DNA of 64,000 nt, from NCBI RefSeq assembly GCF_009834535.1, contig NC_045696.1, positions 3,226,001-3,290,000 on the forward strand, in the 5' to 3' direction. The notes under the pieces were generated by a model, which worked only from the letters and a program-made list of their open reading frames with translations, ran no database searches and was not told the DNA's origin. A program made the translations under genes and the position numbers. The stretch is from Camelus ferus. Lineage: Eukaryota. Of this stretch, positions 22,496 through 35,219 are shown in pieces (within the stretch, counting starts at the first letter, position 1; each line of letters starts with the position of its first letter).

Positions 22496-23739
22496 GGTGT
22501 CTTTTCCTTGCGGCCCGGGAGCCCTAACACACGCAGCTGCCGAAGGGCAGCCGTCCTGGCGGTTTGCTGCCGAGATCAGTCAGTTCTGCTACAGGCGGTG
22601 ACGAAGCAGAAGTAACCGGAGACCGAGAACGCGTCAGGCACTGACGGCGCACGGGTTCGGGGACCGTGAAGCATAGGTGACGTCCGTGCGACGTGCTAAG
22701 AGCCGACAGCGAGTGAGGTGGAGACCTGCAGGGCGTGCTACGCGACAAAGAGGATGCAGCAGGCAGAGCGTCACTCTGGACGGGAGAAAGTGGAGAGGCC
22801 AGTCTGCAGGGAGCAGGCGGCTCGTCTCCAGGCTAACCGCTCTGTCATCCTTCATCAGACTCCCACTGGTGACCCTGCCCTGGCCCAGTCGGGCCCCCTG
22901 TGCCAGTCCAGAAGTACAGGCCAACAGCAAGGCTGCTCTGCGGGTAACCGGGATCTGCAGCTGGCCCACAGTGCTAGGCCTCAGACTAAGACCCAGCAAA
23001 GCCTGGGTCTGTGGTGGCCCCGTCCACCTCCTGGCCCTTTGCTCAAACCCCAATTCTGCTCCTTGTTCCTGAGCATTAGCGAGACAGGACATATGAACAT
23101 CCTGGGACCCAGGATCCAGGTATGTGGTCCTTCCACACACTTGCGTCCCGTGCAAAGTGTAAACCTGCCACTTCCGCCCCCCACTTTCCACCCCGGGCTG
23201 GAGACTGATGTCATAAACTCCACGGCTCATGCACCTTTGTCAGACCCGTGCGCCCTTCCCCTCTGCGGCTTGTCGCGCCCTGGGAGGTTATCACCGCTTC
23301 CAGATAACTTCCCACACAACAACAGGCTTCTGTTCAGAACATGTTGAACTAAGGACCAGACCAGGAAACAACTGCTGAAGCCGGGCTGCGGTTTCAGATC
23401 CTATTTGCAGGGTCACTGGGGGGGATATTGTTACCGAAGGAAACTTGGTCACCTTTCAGTGAGTGCAGGCAGGGTCAGGGCCATTTGTGGAAATACTCAG
23501 AGCCGGTAAGCCCGGCCGGACACATCGGCTAAGAGACCCACGCGCGGCCCGTGCCAGCACAGGGGCCCACGGGGAGGGGACGGCGGCTGCTAGGGGACAG
23601 CCACTCATCTGAAGGCCTGGGCAGGTAGATTATAGTTACTCACGGGAAGACAGACACTATTATTGTAAAGGTATTGCTTAATGGTTCTTCTTTTTAAAAA
23701 AAAAAAAAAAAAGCATGTTCTTTTCCCTTTTATTTTTTT

Positions 23740-23865
23740 CGGGGGGGTAAATTAGGTTTGTTTATTTGTTTATTTCTTTATTTATTTAATGGAGGCACTG
23801 GGGATTGAACCCAGGACCTCGTGCATGCTAAGCACACGCTGTACCACTGAGCTCCACCCTCCCCC
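23740..23865 (-). mobile_element. tRNA-derived SINE (vic-1-like)
   Basis: Same core as 2360-2488. Confidence 0.85.
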
Positions 23866-25139
23866 TGATGGTTCTTAATATTGCCTTGAGCTGGACGTTT
23901 TGAAAGTAGCAAACAGGTTAAATTAGGCAGAGGCACGTATACCTACACACGTACGTGGTACAGCGAGGTCGAGCAAAACTAAAAAGTGGGGAACATCTGT
24001 GCCAAAGGCAGACGCTGAAGGGATTTTTCTACCCTTCATCTGACCTAGTTCATCAGAAGGGCTGAGAGTTTCCCTTGCTTGCAAGCTCAGAGCGTCACGG
24101 GCGCCGGCAGAGGACAGGAGATGCCTGGTTCAGAGATAAAGGACTTCGTTACTCATCGCAGGGCGAGCTGCGTAAGAATCAGAGTGTTTGTGTCGGTTCC
24201 CTTTGCCCCCAAGTCCTCCAGGGGTGACACTCGTGAGCTGAGATGGGTCCCGGCACACACAGGGGGTTGTGTTCCCGGAGAGGAACCCTGACCTCTTAAG
24301 GGGCCCAAATCTTTTAAAGGGCAGAAAGTGTGCCTGCCCTCTGCTCTGGAAAGACACCTTATCTACCTTCCAAGGTACAAAGACAGTCTGGGAGGAAGAA
24401 CTGTTTGGTTCGCCCCCGATTCATCTCATTGGAGAGGGAGGGATTTCCACTCAAGGCTCTGAGGATGGTGAAACCTGAGACACCCAACACAGCTGGACAG
24501 CTGGGACAACAGCAGTTTAGGAGCCACACATCGCACACCCCAGGGGAGGAAGACGTCCCGCCATGCAGGCCACGTGGAGGGCGCACTCAGGGAGACAGAG
24601 GACACCCAGGGGCCGTGGGAGGAGGCTTCGCAGTGTCGCGAGGGCAGGTGCCCGCTGGCTCCGGCAGGAGGATGGGGCTGGCTTGTTTGAATAGCTCTGC
24701 GGGCTGGCGGGGAGGTGAAATCCACTGCTCAGGACCAGCAGGAACTGTGCCTGGCCTGTCGATAAGGGGGTTGTTTGGCGAAGGGGCCTTATCTGTGGGA
24801 GCAGGGTGGGAGGAGACCTGGCAGTCAGGCCACCGGAGGCCTTCTCAATTTTGGGACGCCAAGACAGCACTTAGCATTCAGTTGTGACTTTAGGTCCTAC
24901 ACTGTCTGAACAGTCAGTGCCTCCTTCACAAGCCGTGCAGAGACGGGGGAGACTCGTGCGGAGGGGTCTCCTGGCCTTCGGTGTTCTACATATGCTGCTT
25001 TCAAGACCAGACTGTAGAAGGGAAAACGCTCTGAGGTTGTTTCTGTCCCATTCCATTTATAAATAAAATAATGTACAAATATTTCCCTCCTCTTTTATTT
25101 GTTTAAATTCATTTTTAGGAAGTTTTAAGACTAAAATAC

Positions 25140-25350
25140 AGGGGCAGGCAGGATTTTTTCTTAAAAGGCCAGAGAGCAAATGTTTCAGGTTTTGAGGCTC
25201 CCCCACACAGTCTCTGCCACAGTTAATCACCTCTGCTGTCATAGCTCAGAATTCACCGAGCTGGTATGTAAATGAGTGGCCATGGGTGAATTTTAATAAA
25301 GTTTTATTTCAACACAGGCAATGAGCTCACGGGCCATAGTTTGCCAGCTC
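25140..25350. mobile_element. MER58-like DNA transposon remnant
   Basis: aaaggccagagagcaaatgtttcagg...ccatagtttgcca. Confidence 0.5.
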
Positions 25351-27099
25351 CTCCTATGTCATTTCTCCTTGACACGTGGTGAACTAGATGGTTTAAGTAT
25401 TTTTAAGTTTTAAGACTGGCCAGCACCTGCTCAGGCACAAAAGAGATACAAAAGAGACATTTTGAAGGAATGTAAATCTTGCCTCAAGCTCCTCAAAGTT
25501 GCAGAAAGAGGAATTACACTGCACAACATATTGAAAAATGCTAAAGTTTATGTCCATCCAATTATATCCTCAACTACAACTCAGCAAGACATCTCTAATT
25601 TCATTCCTTTCCAAACCCTGTATCAAATTCTCATTAGCATCCGTTCAACTGTTGATTTCTTCTCCCAGCTTTGGTCATGTTCTTTATTATGTAGATAAAT
25701 TAAGTCCTGGGCTTTAAGAGTCTAGGATTTACCCACTCTGCTGCTGAGCACAGCCAGACTCCAGAAACTGGAGACAAACTGGATTTGCACGTCGTTCAGC
25801 CCCACCTTCTACATTTAGGAACACTGGGCATGTAAATGTTGGTAATAAAAATACTTTTTCCACTGATGACAATGGCAGGATGCTTTCGAGGTTTTACGAG
25901 GTGTGTGAGATCTTGGAGAGCATTTAGTGAGCCCTCATTCCATGTCTCCTTTTACAGATGAGAAGAGTAACCCAGAGTCGCGGAGAGGCTTGCCTTAACG
26001 CGTGCATCTGCCTCCAGGCGTTATGCTATGAGTTCCAGAAGGTGCTCTGGGTGACGGGCGACGCGAGGTGGCCGACTCCTGCTCCTCATCTCCTGGATGT
26101 CAATTACCTGTTTCGCCACCCCACACCCCCTCTCTGAGTAAGTCTAGTTTGTGCAGACACTGAGTTTACTTCTGGGGATTCAAAATGAATGAGCCATAGG
26201 CCCGTCTCTGGATGTCGCCCTGCACTTCCTTTCTGTGTTGTCTGGGGAACTGTTTTGCCCCTGTAGACGATAAAATGGGGGTCTCATTTTAGCTCTTCCT
26301 TTAGGTTGTCATAAGAATTAAATGAGGTGTAGTGTGTGAGACTCTTAGAATCTCATCTGGCACCAAGTTGGCCCACAGTCTTGGCTTGTTAATTCATAAA
26401 GGAACCAGAAGAGAAAAACTCCACTTAGAGTGCAGGGGTGGCTGGTGCTGTGAATCAGGGGAAAGAAGGATGCAAGGAGAAGGGGTGAAGGGCACCCGTC
26501 TTCTCTCAAGGGAAGCAGAGGAGGCCTTCCCACAAGAGGGGGCTTCTGAGCTAAGAGCTGAAGGACAGACAGGAGTCAGCAAGCCAAAAAGCTGGGGGAA
26601 GGGCAGTGCAGAGAGAAGGGGGCACACAGCCAAAGGTCAGAGGTCAGGGTGTGTCCAGAAGGCAAGATGCTCACATTACGAAGCAGACCTGGCGATCGAA
26701 GAGGATGGGGTGCGTGGAGGCCGGTTCATGAAGGGTCTTGCTTTTCATACGCAAGAAGCTCATACTCGGTCTTTTCCGTTAAGGCTGGGAAGAGCGAGGG
26801 AGTGGCGGGGAGCGACCTATATAGATTGTCACTTTATAAAGGTAATTAAGACAGCAGATTTTTGTCTGGATGGGGACAAAACTTTGTGGCTGAGAGACTA
26901 GTTAGGAGATGGCTGTAGCAAACCAAGCGAGAAACCATGAGACTGGACTGGGAGGTATGCACAGAGTCTGGACGGCGCTCTCTCTGAGTAAATCCAGCCC
27001 GGCGGGGAGTGTTGGCAGCAGCCTGGAGAACTTGCACCTGCATCAAGGGACTCCCAAGCTTCAGCCTGAACAACCTTCTTAAGATTCCTCGGAGGACAG

Positions 27100-27710
27100 A
27101 TTTGCAGGTGACATGCTTTCTGCTTTTGTTTGCCTAAAAACATATTTTGAAATCTCTGTACTTTCTGTTCAATTCTGCTAGAGTTGCTCTAAAAAAATAA
27201 AATCTATTTTAGAAAGTATTTTGCCTTTGTGTTTGAAGGATATTTTCAGTGAGTATAAAATTCTGACTTGACAGGGTTTTCTATTGCTTTTAGCACTTTA
27301 AAGTTGTCATTCCGCTGCCGTCCAGATCACAGTGTTTCAGTTGAGAGGTCACTCATAATTCTCCCCTGTAAGTAGCGTCTTTTTGCCAGTTGCTGTAAAA
27401 ATATTTTAAACTTACTTATTTCCAACAATTCGATCATGCTGTGCCTTGATGTGGTTTTCTTTTCTTGCGTTTACTGAGCTTCTAGGATATGTGAGTTTGT
27501 ATTTTTCATCAAGTTTGGCCTAAACATTGGCCATTACTTTTTTCGAATACTTTTTCTTGCCCAAATATTTCTTCCTCTCCAGCTGGTACCCTAATTGCAC
27601 GCATGTTAGTCAGTCTGCTGACACTAACACACGTCACGGGTCACGGAGGTTCTGTTGATTTTTTTCAGCCCTTTTTCTCTCTGTGCCCCAGTTTGGAGAG
27701 CTTATACTGC
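27100..27710 (-). mobile_element. Degenerate L1 fragment
   Basis: tttgaaggatattttcagtgagtataaaattct...ttttcatcaagtttgg...attggccattactttttcgaata. Confidence 0.6.
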
Positions 27711-29063
27711 TCAGTGCTAAACACTTAACAAAGGAACAGACTGACGGCCAGTGGATGACAGTGGCGCAGGGAGCGCTGAGAATGGTCCAGTCATAGCTGC
27801 ATCTCCAAGGAGCACAGGCTGTGTGAGACGCTGGAACTCAAGGTCGAGGTCCAGCCCCCGCCCGAGCCCCTGTGATGGGAGCGTGACCACCCGATACACC
27901 CACAGAGGTTGTGCTGGGCACACAGCCACATCCAGCTGGGGAGCCACTCACAGTGTAGACATCACACCGGTCGTGAGGACTTCCCTGCAGGTGGAAGTAA
28001 CTTGTCTTGAGGAAAATGTGCCTTCTTCTAATGTGCACACAAGCACCATATGGGTGGAGAGTGTCCTAGCTGGGGCCTGAGCACCTCCACCTGGGCAAAG
28101 GAGGCATCTCAGGGAAGATGCAGGGTGACAGGGACACGGGACAGGGAAGGGTGACTTTTTCAAGGTTTGCCAAGTCCTGATGGTCACTCACTGGTCTGGA
28201 GGGGCTGGGGCTGGAGCTGGCAGAAGCTCTGAGCACAGAGGCCTGCTCTCCAGAACCCAGGGACCCTGGGTTTTGGGGTACCAAACATCTCTGGGTTCCC
28301 AGCAGCTCGAGCCCAGCATGACAGACTGGTGGCTCCAGTAAGCCCCTCGCTGGTGGGGTTTGGGGGCGTGGTTTACGGTCCTCTCGTCCCTTGGGTGTCT
28401 CCTCTCTGCTTCTCCTTTCTCTCTCTGGGTCCACAGACGCCCTTCCACAGAGCACCTTCTCCCCAGGCACGGGCTGGTTCACAGACACCATCTTGTAATA
28501 AACACAGACAGTTTCCACGGAAGGAAAAAATGACAAACTTCAGGGTTTGCCGAAGTTAACTTGATGCTTTTACACTCATCCAGGACTGTGTCTTTCCCTC
28601 GTCAGCCTCATCTCCATGGAGAGTGCCCCCCTCCCCAAGACGGAGACAAGGAGATGCAGACGAGGGGCTTGGAGGGGGGTCCACGGTTCCTGGTGGAGGG
28701 GGCTTCTCTGCCTGCAGCCGGCCCAGGCGTTGTCTGCAGTAGGCTTGGGCCCAATGTGGCAAACATTCCTCCGTTAGCCACGTACTTTATCAGGAGAAAT
28801 ACAGACCTTATCCCTCCCGGGGTGCAACTGTGCCAGCGCCCAGCGCCAGACGCCCACGCGGCCCGCCCTCCACGTCAGCACCTTGGCACGACCCGGATCC
28901 CCGCCCGGGTAGAGGGAGGCCTGGCTGTGCGCTCACGGGGAGGTCGGCGCCCCCAGCCCGGAAGCCTCCCTGCCCTGTCACCGCTTGGCCTCCCAGCAGA
29001 GCCATCTCAGCTCCTTTTCCTAACAAAGGCCCCTAAGCGCTGGTGGTGTGGGGAGAGAGGGGG

Positions 29064-29103
29064 TTATCTTGCTTGCTGAGCAAACAGAGAGGAGCTTATA
29101 AAA
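29064..29103 (+). promoter_or_regulatory. TFF2: TFF2 proximal promoter: GATA (TTATCT 29064-29069), FOXA (GAGCAAACA 29078-29086), TATA (TATAAAA 29097-29103), within a CpG-rich region
   Basis: Motifs read directly, about 75 bp upstream of the ATG. Confidence 0.8.
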
Positions 29104-29173
29104 CGCCCCAGGCAGTGGGGACTGGGGACTGCGCTCTCTGCAGGCGGCCCTGGGGGAGCAGCTGAGCGTGGAC

Positions 29174-29252
29174 ATGGGACCCCGTGGCGCGGGGCTCCTG
29201 GCGGCGCTGCTCGCGCTGGGGCTGAGCGCCCCGGCCGGGGCCCAGAAGCCCG
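29174..29252 (+). CDS. TFF2: Trefoil factor 2, coding exon 1 (MGPRGAGLLAALLALGLSAPAGAQKP)
   Basis: Kozak gacATGg, signal peptide ending AGA|QKP, donor G|gtgagt. Not present in the ORF track. Confidence 0.95.
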
Positions 29253-29855
29253 GTGAGTGAGGGCCCGGGGTCTCGCCGGCCAGAAGCGCTGGGGCCAGTG
29301 AGCCCAGAGGCTTCCAGCGGCCCGAGCGCCGGGGGCGCGGCGGGGGCACGTGAGGGCCTTCTTCCTGCCCCTCGGTGGGTCTCTATTCACGTCGGGCTCC
29401 CTCACAGAAAAAAGGCAGGTTGAGAGGGGAAGCCGCTGGGAAAGCATCCTAAGATCTGGGATGCTGGCCACATAGCCAGAGCCCGCTCATGCTCACCTGC
29501 TTTGGAGCCCTTCCGGAAGGACAGTGGGATGGGGGCTGGGGGCGGGGGTGGGGCCTCCCAGGAAGGCCCCTTTGGGAAGGTCAGGGCAGGTGCGGGTGCG
29601 CCAGCCCGAGGACGGGCTCCTGGAGGGCCTGCCTGGCTCGCTTTCACCCTGACCTTGGCCTGAGTCCACCTGTCCACCCCTCTTACCAGAAGGGATTTTC
29701 GTTTGTTTGGTTTTAACAAATAAGCCACCTTCAGCTGAGCCCAGTCAGCTGAAGGACATTGCGCGGTTCACACATGGGAGCGAGAGCGCCGCCCGTCCCA
29801 GGGAGGGAGTGCCTGGCTGAGCCGAGGGTGGGCTGGCTGACGCGCGTCCCCGCAG

Positions 29856-30005
29856 ACCCCTGCCAGTGTTCCCGCATCAGCCCTGCCAACCGGGAGAACT
29901 GCGGCTTCCCTGGCATCTCCAGCGACCAGTGCTTCACCAGGGGCTGCTGTTTCAACTCCGACGTCCCCGGGGTCCCCTGGTGCTTCGAGCCCCTCCCAAA
30001 GCAAG
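29856..30005 (+). CDS. TFF2: Trefoil factor 2, exon 2 (trefoil domain 1: DPCQCSRISPANRENCGFPGISSDQCFTRGCCFNSDVPGVPWCFEPLPKQ)
   Basis: Trefoil cysteine pattern plus the extra N-terminal Cys typical of TFF2. cgcag| acceptor, G|gtacg donor, 150 nt. Confidence 0.96.
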
Positions 30006-30224
30006 GTACGCACCAGACAGCCGGGCCCCTCCTGTGCCCCCGGCCCCCACGTCCACACTGGACCCCAAGGGTCAGCCATTTGCCCTTCCCGCAGACTTGT
30101 GGGGACCCACGTTTTACTGTATTTGAGGAAAAACCAATTCTCAAGCCCCTCTTGGCTGTTAAGGTGTAGTTCCTGAAAAAGCTTCTAAGGGACATGAAGG
30201 TGTCAGTCAGTGTTTCTTTCTGTT

Positions 30225-30372
30225 TTTGGGGGGGGAGCGAGGGGGAGGTAATCAGGTTCATTTATTTATTTATTTTTATTATTATTTTTTTTAACGGAGG
30301 GCCTGGGGATTGAACCCAGGACCTCGTGGATGCCAAGCACACTCTACCACTGAGCTAGACCTTTCCCCCCCC
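30225..30372 (-). mobile_element. tRNA-derived SINE (vic-1-like) in TFF2 intron 2
   Basis: Same core as the other copies. Confidence 0.85.
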
Positions 30373-31023
30373 AGGAAAATATTAACACAGCTGCACACAG
30401 ACTCCAGATGTTAAGAAATTAAGTTACTGTAAGTTCTAGGGTTACCTTTTCAGGATGAGTTTTATATTTGTGCACATTATCAAGTTGGAAAGTCACTGAT
30501 TCCAAGGGTTACACACAAAAAAGTGTGTGTGGAGCTCGGGCCCCGCAGCCTCCTGTCCACTCGCTGGCTCCAGGAACGCGGCTCAGAGGCGCCCAGGCTC
30601 CGGAGGACCCAAGACCAGCGGCTGGTTGTGGGGCCGCTCGTGGCCGGGGCTCTCCGAGTAGTGGGAGTATTGCTGGGTTTCAGTACTTTGGTCAAATGCT
30701 TCACATCCTTACAGGGTCCTCCCAGGGGTGACAGTGGGCCGCCCGCTTCACAGAGCAATGTCTGGTCCAGGGAGGAGAAGCGACTGTCCCAAGGCCCCGG
30801 GATGCCAGCTCCCCTGACCTTTGGCCTCTGTCGGGAGGAGGGGGTGGCCCCTCGCGGTGCTCACACTTAGTCCCAGGGTGACCATCCCGGAAGCCCCAGA
30901 GCCCCGCCCCCCCAGCCCGGGAGCCCAGCGGCGCTCCCCTGGGAGGAGGGAGCAGACGTGTCTGGGGAGCCAGCCGGCCTAACCGGGTCCCCATGCTGTT
31001 CCCAAACCGGCGCCGCGCGGCAG

Positions 31024-31170
31024 AGTTGGAGGAGTGCGTCATGGAGGTCTCCGCCCGCAAGGACTGTGGCTTCCCGGGCATCAGCCCCGAGAACTGCACG
31101 GCTCGGGAGTGCTGCTTCTCCGACGCCATCCGGGATGTGCCCTGGTGCTTCTTCCCGCTCTCCGTGGAAG
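31024..31170 (+). CDS. TFF2: Trefoil factor 2, exon 3 (trefoil domain 2: ELEECVMEVSARKDCGFPGISPENCTARECCFSDAIRDVPWCFFPLSVE)
   Basis: CVMEVS and VPWCFFP are characteristic of TFF2. 147 nt, phase 1-1, donor G|gtgac. Confidence 0.96.
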
Positions 31171-32010
31171 GTGACGTCGGGGCCCCGGGCACAGATGGGT
31201 CTCGGGGGTGGGGGGACCTGGGGTGGGGAGGTGTCGTGCCGGACAGGAGGCCTGCTGCAGCCCAGGCCCGGTGCCTGAACCCAGTGGCGGCCAGTGCAGG
31301 AAAAACATCCTCCCTGATGTGGGAACCTGCCTTTACTGGGAACCAGCTCTGAAGGCAAGTCCAGAAAGTTCCTGAAAATGACAGCTTTTTAACAAGTCAA
31401 AGCCTCTGGCCTCCTCGTTACGTCTCCTGTGACTCGGCCTCGGCCACGCCCCTGGGCCCCGCCGCTGGTGGCATCATTACTTTTGGAGCTTCTGAACGTC
31501 AGGTGCTGTGCTGGGCACCGGGGCGGGACTCGGGGAAAGCAGACGTGGTCCTTCCCTTCGTGGACCGCGCTGCTGTCCCCTGCGACAAGAGGTCCCGCCC
31601 CGGCGCCAGTCCCCGGAGGCCCATGTCCCCGACTCCCTTAGTTGCAGTGTGTCCCTGACACCGAGTTTGCCAGGGCCAGGAGAGACCCGGTATTTCCACA
31701 AGACGGGCAGAGAGCACCGACCTTGGAGGACGCCTCTCCACAGTTAGGAAATCGGGATGTTCTGAAGAGCACAGCCGTGGCTCAGAAATATCCAAGTGAT
31801 TTTTTGTGTGTGACCTAAGGGTCTACCTGGAAAGTTACCAGTTAACTGGGGAGAATGGCACCCGGCCCCAGGGGACCGTGTCCCCTCGGCAGCTCCTTCT
31901 CCGGTGGGGTCGGCAGGAGTAAGGGCCGTGGTCGCGCGAACCCGCAGACTCTTGGCACAGGCCCCCCGCTCCCCGTGGTCCTCACCCACCGTCCCCCATT
32001 TCACTTCCAG

Positions 32011-32024
32011 ACTGTCATTATTAA
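32011..32024 (+). CDS. TFF2: Trefoil factor 2, exon 4 coding part (DCHY-stop)
   Basis: Acceptor cacttccag|AC TGT CAT TAT TAA. AATAAA at 32180-32185. Total CDS 390 nt. Confidence 0.93.
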
Positions 32025-32248
32025 GAGGCAGTGGCTTCGGAAAAGCCCGCCTGGCTCCTTGCAGGCCCTGCAGCAGGAGGACGCGCACCGGCCCGCAGCT
32101 TCAGGCGTCATGGCTCCTGAGCCCTTGGATTGTCTTCTGCTTTTTCCCCTTCTCAGTGGTTTAACAGACAAATTCTTCGAATAAAGAAAACTCTTACAAT
32201 CTGCTACAATTTCATCTTGGCTTCATTGACACAGAGGTGGCAATGGCA

Positions 32249-32675
32249 GTGTGTGTGTGTGTGTGTGTGTTGTGTGTGTGTTTGTGGGTGTGTGTGTGTG
32301 TGTGTGTGGGAGGGTGTGTGTGTGGGAGGGTGTGCGTGTGGGGTGGTGGGTGTGTGGGGTGTGTGTGTGTTTGTGTGTTTGTGTGTGTGTGTGGGAGTGT
32401 GTGTGTGGGGGGGGTGTGCGTGTGGGGGTGGGTGTGTGTGGTGTGGGGGAGGGTGTGTGTGTGTGTGTGTGTGGGTGTGCATGTGTGGGGGGTGTGTGTT
32501 GGGTGTGGTGTGTGTGGGTGGTGTGTGTGTGTTTGTGGGTGTTTGGTGTGTTTTGTTTTTTTTGTGTGTGTGTGTGTGTAGGTGTGTGTGTGTTTGTGTG
32601 TGTGTGTGGGTGTGTGGGGGGTTCGTGGGGGGGTGGTGTGTGAGGAGACAGTGTGCATGTGTGAGTGTGAGTGTA
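32249..32675. repeat. Long imperfect (GT)n/(GGGT) low-complexity tract immediately after the TFF2 poly(A) site
   Basis: Directly visible, about 430 bp almost entirely G and T. Confidence 0.95.
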
Positions 32676-34829
32676 ACTTAATACTCTTCCATTTGCTACG
32701 AGAGCAAGAGTTCTTCTAGTGCGTTCGGGCCACGTGGCAGCAATAAAGCATCGCACGTGAGAAATTTCAGGATCCACCATCACTTTATAACGCCCAAGCC
32801 CAGTCGTTTGTATAAAATCTCAAATGACTTTAGCCCTAAAAACCTCCTGGAGCAACACACCATTTCACATTGCAATTACGAAGCTGCTTTACTCCTACCC
32901 AGTGCCTCACAGACCACCTGCTATTAAAACGAGCACAAGGCGGCCGAGCATCTCTCCCACAGGTGAGGGGCCTGGGCTAGGTTAGCTCCCAATGCTCCCG
33001 GGCACTTGCTCCCACGCCTTCTCCCCTGGCAGCTGCGCCAACGTGCAGCCGTGAGAAGCTCTTCCGGAGGGGAGGCTGACAGCTCTCATCAAGGCTTTTA
33101 CGCAGCTTGCGGGAAGGTCATTGTGTGAAAGGTGTTTCTGGCATCTCGGTGAAGGCGTCTGCAGCTCAGGAGTGGGAGTGCGGGGAGGGTGACCCCAGGC
33201 CAGCCTTTTTGTGGCCTCTGCCTCTCCCCTGACTCCTGGTCCAGCCTGGGTGCACCCAGCATCCTGGAAATCCAAGCCCTCTCCTTCGGGGTGGGGGAGG
33301 GACCGGCGGCACTGGCTTTGCACTGAAAGTGGGGATTTTAAAAATTGCTTCTTCAAGGAAGGCTCTTGGCCCCACATCACCTCTCAGGACCCCTGTTTTG
33401 AGAAGGGGCCCCTATATGGCCTCATGCCCCTGTCGGGTCTTTATCTTGCCAACAATGAACACAGAAGCTCCGTAAAACAGCGTCTCTTGTTGGAACACGG
33501 GCTCTGAAACACTCAAGGCCGGTGGCTGGGGGAGACAGACTCGACATCTGTGGATTGATCTGTCACTGGGTGCGTGTCCCTCTCAAGTTTGTCCTCGCTG
33601 TGCAGTGTGCGTGTTCCTGAGTCAGCCCTGCCTCACAGAGCCAAGTCAGGCCCCCGCATTTGCGTGTTTGGGAGAGGGTCTTGGACACGTGAGTTATTCA
33701 TGGCCCTCCTCCTGGACACGCAGGGCTGGTGGAAACTCCTGGCTTCAAGCCCCCTGTTCCCCGGCTGCAAGCAGGCACAGTGGTGCCCGCTGACCTCTGG
33801 GTGCAGGAGCCCTGAGTTCTTCTCCAGGAATTCTCTTCTCATTGCCCACCCCTCCCACTCCCCTGCCCACCCCACCTCTACCCTTAGTGCCCCTCCCCCC
33901 CCCTCCACCTCCCCTCAACCCACCCCACCTCCTCCCTTAGAATCCTCTCTGTCCAGTTATTCTGTGAGCTCATCAACCCTGAATTAGCAAATACTGAACC
34001 ACTGTGATGGGGGAAAGGCAGGGCTAGGTGTCCAACCGCCTATTGGCCAATTTCGTCAACCGACCAACATGTGACCTTGCTTGATGTGTGACTCTGTTTA
34101 AAGACAACTTATATAGTCTAAATTGTTGTTTTGTTAACATTGAACTCAGGCAGGCAGCCCTGTACTCACTCCCGACTGACGCTCACCTGAACACGTTTTC
34201 TCCGGAGGGCACGTCCCAGCCGCCCTGCACTCTGGACCCCAGACGGCTCTCCCCCTGTGCTTGGGTTTCACTGTTTAAAGGGCCGCGATCCCCGCCCCAG
34301 CCCGGCCAGGCCTCTCTGGCAGCTCAGACACAGATGTGCTGGCCCGTATCCAGGAATCAGGGAGGGACCCCTGCTGCTGTCGCTCCAGGCTGGGAGACCA
34401 GGTTTCCACGAGGTCCCTGGAGCGGCAGTGTCCGTATTTATATTCTGTGATCCCAAGGGAGCTCAGCGCTCAATCCGTGCCCGACCTTAATTTAGCACAG
34501 TCAGAAATGTGGCTTTGAGGAGGGACGGACGGCTCTATCAGCCTCCGTAAATGCGCCGAAGGCGATTCCCCGTAAAGACCCTCTCCAGGCCCAGGATGCT
34601 CACGTGGCTGTGTCTGGCCTCTGGTGCCCTCTGCTGGCCACCCTGGGAACAGACGCCCTGCCTCCGCCAGCAGCGGAAATTTGCCTTCTGACCGAAGGTA
34701 ACCTCCTAATGTCCAAAGACTGGCCCCGATAACTACTCTTAGTTCCTAAACTTACACAGCCGGACCAGGCCTGACACAGGTTCACAAAGCAGGGATGCTG
34801 TATTTGGTGTTGCAGCTCAGGAAGTTAGA

Positions 34830-34922
34830 AAGGGCTCTCCTTCCGGCTTGAAGACAGCCGCCTTCTGGCTGCGTCCTCACCTGACCTTTGCTTGATGCGT
34901 GTACCTGGGGAAAGAGAGAGAC

Positions 34923-34955
<33 letters not shown>

Positions 34956-35150
34956 CTGACAGAGACAGAGAGAGAGTCAGAGAGAAAGCTCTTGTCCCTC
35001 TTCCTCTTCTTGGAAGGACTGATCTTAAGAAGTCAAGGCCCTTATGACCTTGTTTAAGCTTAATTACGTCCACAGAGGCCCCATCTCCAAATACGGTCAC
35101 ACTGAGGGTTGCAGCTTCAACGGGTGAATTTGGGGGCACAATTCGGTCAT
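34830..35150 (-). mobile_element. MLT1 LTR remnant containing a (GA/GACA)n microsatellite at about 34912-34985
   Basis: ccccatctccaaatacggtcacactgagggttgcagcttcaac...gaatttgggggcacaattc. Confidence 0.65.
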
Positions 35151-35219
35151 AGCATTACCCTTCTGTTAATCAGTCTTCCACCAATAATACTGATCATGGT
35201 GATGGTTACCCCTTGAGGC

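Noticed and set aside
27717..28536. Overlapping minus-strand ORFs suggesting a processed pseudogene
   Set aside because: No recognisable protein similarity, poly(A) tail or target-site duplication.
32130..32783. Cys/Val-rich and His/Thr-rich ORFs
   Set aside because: Translations of the GT microsatellite.
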